From Candidatus Kuenenbacteria bacterium (GTDB lineage: Bacteria > Patescibacteriota > Patescibacteriia > UBA2196 > GWA2-42-15), in NCBI GenBank assembly GCA_012798565.1, contig JAAZMX010000036.1:1-40309 (forward strand): a DNA stretch of 40,309 nucleotides. The letters are read 5' to 3'. Of the stretch, positions 35,531-40,309 are shown piece after piece. The position numbers were made by a program, and so were the translations under genes. The notes below the pieces were generated by a model. That model made no database searches, was not told the origin of the DNA, and was given only the letters and a program-made list of their open reading frames with translations. Every line of letters starts with the position of its first letter. The stretch's first letter is position 1.

Positions 35531-36319
35531 TTAATGCGCGCCATGGGTCGCTACCTCCATAAAAACCAGAGTCAACATGGCAAAAATCGTCGCCTGGACT
35601 ACTCCCACCAATAACTCTAAAAACATAAAAGGAATCGGCACGATATAGGCCATGAGCGAAGCCATCACCGTCAAAAGCACTTCACCGGCAAAAATATTTC
35701 CAAACAACCGCAAAGATAGAGAAACCGTCTTGGCTATTTCTGAAAATACCTCGATCAAACCAATAAAAAAATTCACAATGCCGGTGAATATCTTTACTGG
35801 GTTGAGCGTCTTAAAAGCTTTTACTAATCCTGCAAAATTAAAAAACTTATTTACGTGCTTGAAAAACCCAATAGTAATTATCCCAAAAATATGCGTGCTG
35901 ATCACCGCAAATACTGCCAAAGCCAAGGTGGTGTTCAAATCACTCGTCCCCGGTCGAAGAAATGGTACCAATACCTTTGCCCCCTCTTTTACTTTCCACA
36001 AACCGATTGATCCTGTTCCGGGGAGTTGTCCCATCCAATTCAAAATCAGAACAAAGATAAAAATCGTAGCCACAATCGGCAAAAATTTTTCTGATTTCTT
36101 GCGGCTGTGCGTCACACCGTCAATAAAGCCAAGCAAAAATTCTATCAGATACTCTCCAAAATTTTGGGCTCCCTTGGGCACCAAAGTTATTTTTTTCACC
36201 CTTAAAATTACTACAAAAAGCACGATCACCACTATGGCTATCCACGTATTGATAATAGAATTGGTCACCGGGAAATCCCCGATATGGAAAACCGGTTCTG
36301 CCGCCAAACTCAAATGCAT
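35531..36319 (-). CDS. atpB: Fo ATP synthase subunit a
   Basis: 262 aa, polytopic. LSLRLFGNIFAGE motif with the essential Arg. Confidence 0.93.
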   Translation of the reverse strand: MHLSLAAEPVFHIGDFPVTNSIINTWIAIVVIVLFVVILRVKKITLVPKGAQNFGEYLIEFLLGFIDGVTHSRKKSEKFLPIVATIFIFVLILNWMGQLPGTGSIGLWKVKEGAKVLVPFLRPGTSDLNTTLALAVFAVISTHIFGIITIGFFKHVNKFFNFAGLVKAFKTLNPVKIFTGIVNFFIGLIEVFSEIAKTVSLSLRLFGNIFAGEVLLTVMASLMAYIVPIPFMFLELLVGVVQATIFAMLTLVFMEVATHGAH

Positions 36320-36331
36320 AAATAATAAAAT

Positions 36332-36616
36332 TTATTTTTTGCCGTAAAGATCGTCTCTGATTACTTCGGCCCGCTTATAAACAAAATGCATACCCAGACC
36401 AATACCAAAAGCTCCGCCCAATAAAATGAATAAAAATCTTTTATGTAATAAATTATCCAAATATTTACCCAACAATGTAAAAATTATAATCGGCATGGCC
36501 ATAATAGCTATCAAATTGGCCACCAAAGCCATACCGTCTGCTTTTTGTTTGTGAATATTTGTTGTTTCTTTCTTGTTCGCTTCACTTATTTTACCTTGTG
36601 TTCCATCATCACTCAT
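36332..36616 (-). CDS. AtpI/AtpZ-like small membrane protein at the head of the atp operon
   Basis: 94 aa with two TM helices. Assigned by position. Confidence 0.55.
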   Translation of the reverse strand: MSDDGTQGKISEANKKETTNIHKQKADGMALVANLIAIMAMPIIIFTLLGKYLDNLLHKRFLFILLGGAFGIGLGMHFVYKRAEVIRDDLYGKK

Positions 36617-36695
36617 TGTCTTTTTTTTAAAAAATAAATAGCCCCCTTGCAGGAAAGCCGACTTTCAAGCTTATTTTTCCACAATTTTCAACTTT

Positions 36696-36724
36696 ATTCT
36701 AAACTGTTTTCTTGAACTGGTCAA
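36696..36724 (-). promoter_or_regulatory. Sigma70-like promoter of the atp operon
   Basis: TTGACC (36724-36719), 17 nt, TAGAAT (36701-36696). Confidence 0.55.
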
Positions 36725-36797
36725 GGGTATTTTTTTACCAAAACACAAAATATTGAGCCCCAAATCACTCAAATAACACAACAAATTATTTATTCTG

Positions 36798-37889
36798 TCA
36801 AATACTTTTCCCCAAATCCTGTTCATCTTGCTCCAAATTTGGTTTCTCCAAAGCCAGGGGTTCTATCCTTTTTTCCCCTTCTGTGATTTTTACCACGTCC
36901 TTATCTATCTTGTTCAATTCCTTGTAAGCGGTATTGTAATTATTAATTGTCGTTCCCAAACTATTACCCAATTTCTTCATATACTCATCAAAGCTGGTGT
37001 AATGCCGACCCAGCTCTTCCACCCTCTTTCTAATTTCCTTGGCTGACTCTTCAATTTGTAAAGCGCGTAAACCTTGTAAAACAGTTTGTAAATAAGCCGC
37101 AAACGTCGTCGGTGAAACAATAATCACTTTTTTCTCCTTGAAAGCATAATCAATCAGTCCGCCGGTATCCACCTTAACGGCTCCAACTTCGTTGATTAAC
37201 AAATCATAATAGATCCCCTCAGCCGGAATAAACATAAAAGCGAAGTCTAGCGTCTCTTCGGTCGGTCGGATATATTTTGCTGTTTCGTCAATTCTCTTCT
37301 TCAGATCATTTTTAAATTCCTTTTCCAACTCTCTCTTTCTTGCCTCGCTCGCCTCATTCAAAATCCGTCGATAATTTTCCAGCGAAAATTTGGCATCCAC
37401 TGGTAATAATTTATCTTTTATCTTTACCACCGCGTCCACCGCTTCGCCGTTCTTAAATTTATATTGCATCTCATAACTCTGTGGCGGCAAAATATTACTC
37501 AAAATCAATTCTAGGCTCGCCTCGCCCAAAGACCCGCGATTTTTGGAGTTGGTCAAAACCCGCTCCAAATTTTGCAGCTGGTCAGTAAAGCTGATCACCT
37601 GCTTGTTCGTCGCTTCCAATTTTTCCAGCTTACTCGTCACATCCTGCACAATCCGGCTGGTGCTGAATGACTGCTTTTGAATAAAATCAATATTTTTTTC
37701 CAAACTGCCCTTCATCTCCTCGCGGATCTGCCCAATCTCTTTCCTCATCATCTCGCCCATCTCTTCCTTCATTCTAAATAATTCTTCTTTGTGTTCGCCG
37801 GGTTTGTTATTTTTCATTAACACGAATAAAACCAGCCCAAATCCCCCAGCCAGAATCACTAAAATAATAATTTGCAAAGTTGTTGACAT
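36798..37889 (-). CDS. rmuC: DNA recombination protein RmuC
   Basis: 363 aa. N-terminal TM helix, a coiled coil and a C-terminal nuclease-like core (VDA....LPVDAKF, FMFIPAEG). Confidence 0.85.
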   Translation of the reverse strand: MSTTLQIIILVILAGGFGLVLFVLMKNNKPGEHKEELFRMKEEMGEMMRKEIGQIREEMKGSLEKNIDFIQKQSFSTSRIVQDVTSKLEKLEATNKQVISFTDQLQNLERVLTNSKNRGSLGEASLELILSNILPPQSYEMQYKFKNGEAVDAVVKIKDKLLPVDAKFSLENYRRILNEASEARKRELEKEFKNDLKKRIDETAKYIRPTEETLDFAFMFIPAEGIYYDLLINEVGAVKVDTGGLIDYAFKEKKVIIVSPTTFAAYLQTVLQGLRALQIEESAKEIRKRVEELGRHYTSFDEYMKKLGNSLGTTINNYNTAYKELNKIDKDVVKITEGEKRIEPLALEKPNLEQDEQDLGKSI

Positions 37890-37979
37890 AACTAATCAAT
37901 TTTCAATTTTTAATTTTCAATTCTTAAACAATTTTACAATGTTTTAATTTTAAAATTTAACCCTGTGCCAATTCTAGTT

Positions 37980-39446
37980 TTATTTATTCCCACTTTTCAT
38001 AATAGTTACAACCCCATTGTTTGCGTCTACCTCTATATAATCACCATCATGCAATACCTTGGTGGCTATTTTTGTACCAATAATACAAGGTTTTTTCATT
38101 TCCCTTGCGATTATAGCTGCGTGGCAGGTTATACCACCCTCATCAGTCACAAAAGCTACCGCCTTTTCCAAGGCCGGAAGATAATTTAAAGTTGTCATAT
38201 TAGTTACAACAATATCGCCCCTTTTCACTTTGGCAACATCAGCATTTTTTTTGAGTAACCTCACTACGCCCTGGGTTTTTCCATAATAGCCAACTTGTCC
38301 AACAAAATTTGCAGCCTTCCGAATTTTGTTTTTAAGAAAGGAATGGCTCTTCAAAAATCGTGGAACTTCTAAGCCTGATAAAATTTCACGCCCGCCAATG
38401 TCGTAGTAAATAATAAAATTGCTTTTACGTCTTTTAATTAACTCTAAATAATTTATCTCCCCTCTTAGCGCCAGAGCAATCTCCCTAATATTTAAATGTA
38501 ATAAATCATTATAGACAACCCCCAATTCGCGAGCAATCCTATTTAATAGTGGCCTAATATGATACGCCGTTTCATTTAAAAAATCTACTCTTTGTGTTCT
38601 CAAAAAAACTAATTGTCGGACCTGTTTTATTATCCTCCTGTCTTCAATATTAAATCCTGCGATTGTTTGACTTATCATCTTCTTATTCTGTTCACGAATA
38701 ACCAATTTATTTCTAAGTTGAATTTCAGCCTCCTTCTTACTAATCCCCCGGAGTCTACCCAATACATCTTTGGCTGTCCAGGCGTCTCCTATAAAATATC
38801 GGATGGACAACCAGCCATATTTTTTTGCATGCTTTTCTACTAATTCTTTTCTTCTGTTCTTGTCTCGTATAGCTATCCTCAAAAAATCGTCCTGCTCCTT
38901 TTCCGCCTCGGTCAAACGGTAAGAAATAGTAATTAAATCTAATAACTGCTGACAAGCCAGCTTATCGCCTTTTACATATTTGTTTACCATTTCCTGGCTC
39001 AACCTCATTACGGGGTCTTCAAAAAAAGTTATTTGGTAATATACAGTATAATCCAAAACTACCTTTTCGTATTCTAAAATTGCCCTAATTATCTCTTCTT
39101 TTGTGGTAAAAAATTCCGCCATTTTACCTAAAAACACTGATCTCTTTTGTAATATCTTTCCAGCTCCAAGACATCCCTCAACCAAACGACTAACATATTG
39201 GCCACCAAATCTCCTTATATTTTTTGTTATTTCTTTTTCAATGGCCAGCAAATCGGAGGTAAGTTGATAAAAATAATCATTAACCTGAAGCCACCTAACA
39301 ATTGATTTTATATTAAACAGCTTAATTGATTTTTTCCGATCCTGCATCCCAGTTATTGTCAACGATGGGATAAAATATGGCTCAACCCTTTCACCAAAAT
39401 AAAATAGATCATTTTTTCTTATATCTTTTAATTTAATTCTCTTCAT
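37980..39446 (-). CDS. PEP-utilizing-enzyme mobile (swivel phosphohistidine) domain protein without an ATP-grasp domain
   Basis: 488 aa. The C-terminal ~90 aa match the PEP-utilizers swivel domain (AFVTDEGGITCHAAIIAREMKKPCIIG). The N-terminal ~390 aa are helical and unassigned. ATGA overlap with ruvX. Confidence 0.7.
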   Translation of the reverse strand: MKRIKLKDIRKNDLFYFGERVEPYFIPSLTITGMQDRKKSIKLFNIKSIVRWLQVNDYFYQLTSDLLAIEKEITKNIRRFGGQYVSRLVEGCLGAGKILQKRSVFLGKMAEFFTTKEEIIRAILEYEKVVLDYTVYYQITFFEDPVMRLSQEMVNKYVKGDKLACQQLLDLITISYRLTEAEKEQDDFLRIAIRDKNRRKELVEKHAKKYGWLSIRYFIGDAWTAKDVLGRLRGISKKEAEIQLRNKLVIREQNKKMISQTIAGFNIEDRRIIKQVRQLVFLRTQRVDFLNETAYHIRPLLNRIARELGVVYNDLLHLNIREIALALRGEINYLELIKRRKSNFIIYYDIGGREILSGLEVPRFLKSHSFLKNKIRKAANFVGQVGYYGKTQGVVRLLKKNADVAKVKRGDIVVTNMTTLNYLPALEKAVAFVTDEGGITCHAAIIAREMKKPCIIGTKIATKVLHDGDYIEVDANNGVVTIMKSGNK

Positions 39447-39844
39447 ATATAATTCTTTTCCCTGTCCAAATAGCTCTGCAAAATAATCCTTGCTGCTTCC
39501 TCATCTCTTCCATGGCCACTCCCGGTTTTATCCGCCTCCACACTCGACAAGCGCTCATCCTGCGTCTCTACCAAAAGTTTGGTCTGGTTTTCCAACTCTT
39601 CAACAAAATAAACCACCTCCTCCGTTTTCTTCGTATATTCACCCTTGAGCGACAGTGGCAAGCCGACCACGATCTTATCGATCTTTTCTTTTTCGCAGAT
39701 TTCTACCAATTGCTCCCAAAATTTGGCTGTCATTTTCAAAGTATCATAAACAAAAGCCTGATTTTGCTCCCGATCAGAAATCGCCAGCCCGACATTTTTT
39801 GTGCCATAATCAATACCCAAAATTCTCGCACCCTGTTTCTTCAT
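39443..39844 (-). CDS. ruvX: Holliday junction resolvase-like RuvX/YqgF
   Basis: 133 aa. ILGIDYGTKNVGLAISD N-terminus and a VVGLPL..G motif. Confidence 0.9.
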   Translation of the reverse strand: MKKQGARILGIDYGTKNVGLAISDREQNQAFVYDTLKMTAKFWEQLVEICEKEKIDKIVVGLPLSLKGEYTKKTEEVVYFVEELENQTKLLVETQDERLSSVEADKTGSGHGRDEEAARIILQSYLDREKNYI

Positions 39845-39912
39845 AACTATCTACTAATTTAAAAATAATTTCTTTCTAACGCACTAACTCTTTAACTCGT
39901 TAATAAATAATT

Positions 39913-40203
39913 CTATTTAGTCAAAATCCTACACCCCTTCTTCTCCACCACAATCGTATTTTCATAATGCGCTGAAAGCGACCGATCGCGCGTCACTGCG
40001 GTCCAACCGTCATCCAAGGTCTCCAAATCATATTGCCCGGCCGCGATCATCGGTTCTACCGCTAATACCATCCCCTCTCGTAATACTTCGCCAGTTCCTT
40101 TCTGCCCAAAATTCATCACCTTAGGATCCTCATGCACCGCGTATCCGACGCCATGTCCGCACAAACTCCGGATAACCGCATAACCTGGTTTTATCGGAAA
40201 CCA
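39913..40203 (-). pseudogene. map: Methionine aminopeptidase type I, C-terminal remnant only
   Basis: CGHGVGYAVHEDP, EPMI and DGWTAVTRDRSLSAHYENTIVV match the last ~95 residues of MetAP. The frame is closed upstream by a TAG at 40204-40206, and the N-terminal ~60% of the protein is absent. Confidence 0.65.
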
Positions 40204-40309
40204 CTATGGCAATGTTGTTGTATTTATCCTTATCCGAAGGTAAAAGCTGCTGAAGATCAGCAACAAAACCTTCCCTGGAAATCCGGTATTCAGGTTCGGT
40301 AAACACCGG
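40133..40309 (-). CDS. Partial ORF of unknown function running in from the window edge
   Basis: 59 codons, PVFTEPEYRISREGFVADLQQLLPSDKDKYNNIAIVVSDKTR..., in a different frame from the map remnant and overlapping it. Confidence 0.3.

Noticed and set aside
35652-36347. A 231-aa plus-strand ORF antisense to atpB
   Set aside because: It lies entirely within the well-supported subunit a gene on the opposite strand. Its composition mirrors a hydrophobic gene, and there is no promoter or SD.

Overview
This is an AT-rich, tightly packed bacterial housekeeping segment. Nearly all genes are on the minus strand, most lack Shine-Dalgarno (SD) motifs, and spacers are short and low-complexity. The style resembles a reduced-genome uncultivated lineage such as Patescibacteria/CPR, which is inference only. 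Recognisable content in window order: rfbB, rsmI, ftsQ-like, ddl, murF, a hydrolase, serS, an SPFH protein, lysS, fpg, an Ogt-like domain, thpR, tRNA-Tyr, dus, a CIRCE-controlled hrcA-grpE-hsp20-dnaK-DUF3467-dnaJ heat-shock cluster, a CDP-alcohol phosphatidyltransferase, a DUF4012 giant membrane protein, a complete F1Fo ATP synthase operon, rmuC, an orphan PEP-utilizing swivel-domain protein, ruvX and a truncated map remnant. The main finding is a 2.1 kb islet between tRNA-Tyr and dus (16.1-18.3 kb). It holds a frameshifted, motif-degenerate polyprenyl synthase homolog and two paralogous mini-operons. Each mini-operon has its own sigma70-like promoter and a near-leaderless leader peptide, one Ile-rich (IIIAIII) and one Leu-rich (LALLLLGL). 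Each also has a three-arm antiterminator/terminator leader with fully covarying stems, an SD, a tiny effector ORF and a terminator. These look like ribosome-mediated Ile- and Leu-sensing attenuators that control small proteins rather than biosynthetic genes. Other findings: a modular GC-rich hairpin repeat family found in spacers and also in-frame inside rsmI, an HD protein, serS and fpg; and a 550 nt highly structured noncoding tract next to hrcA.
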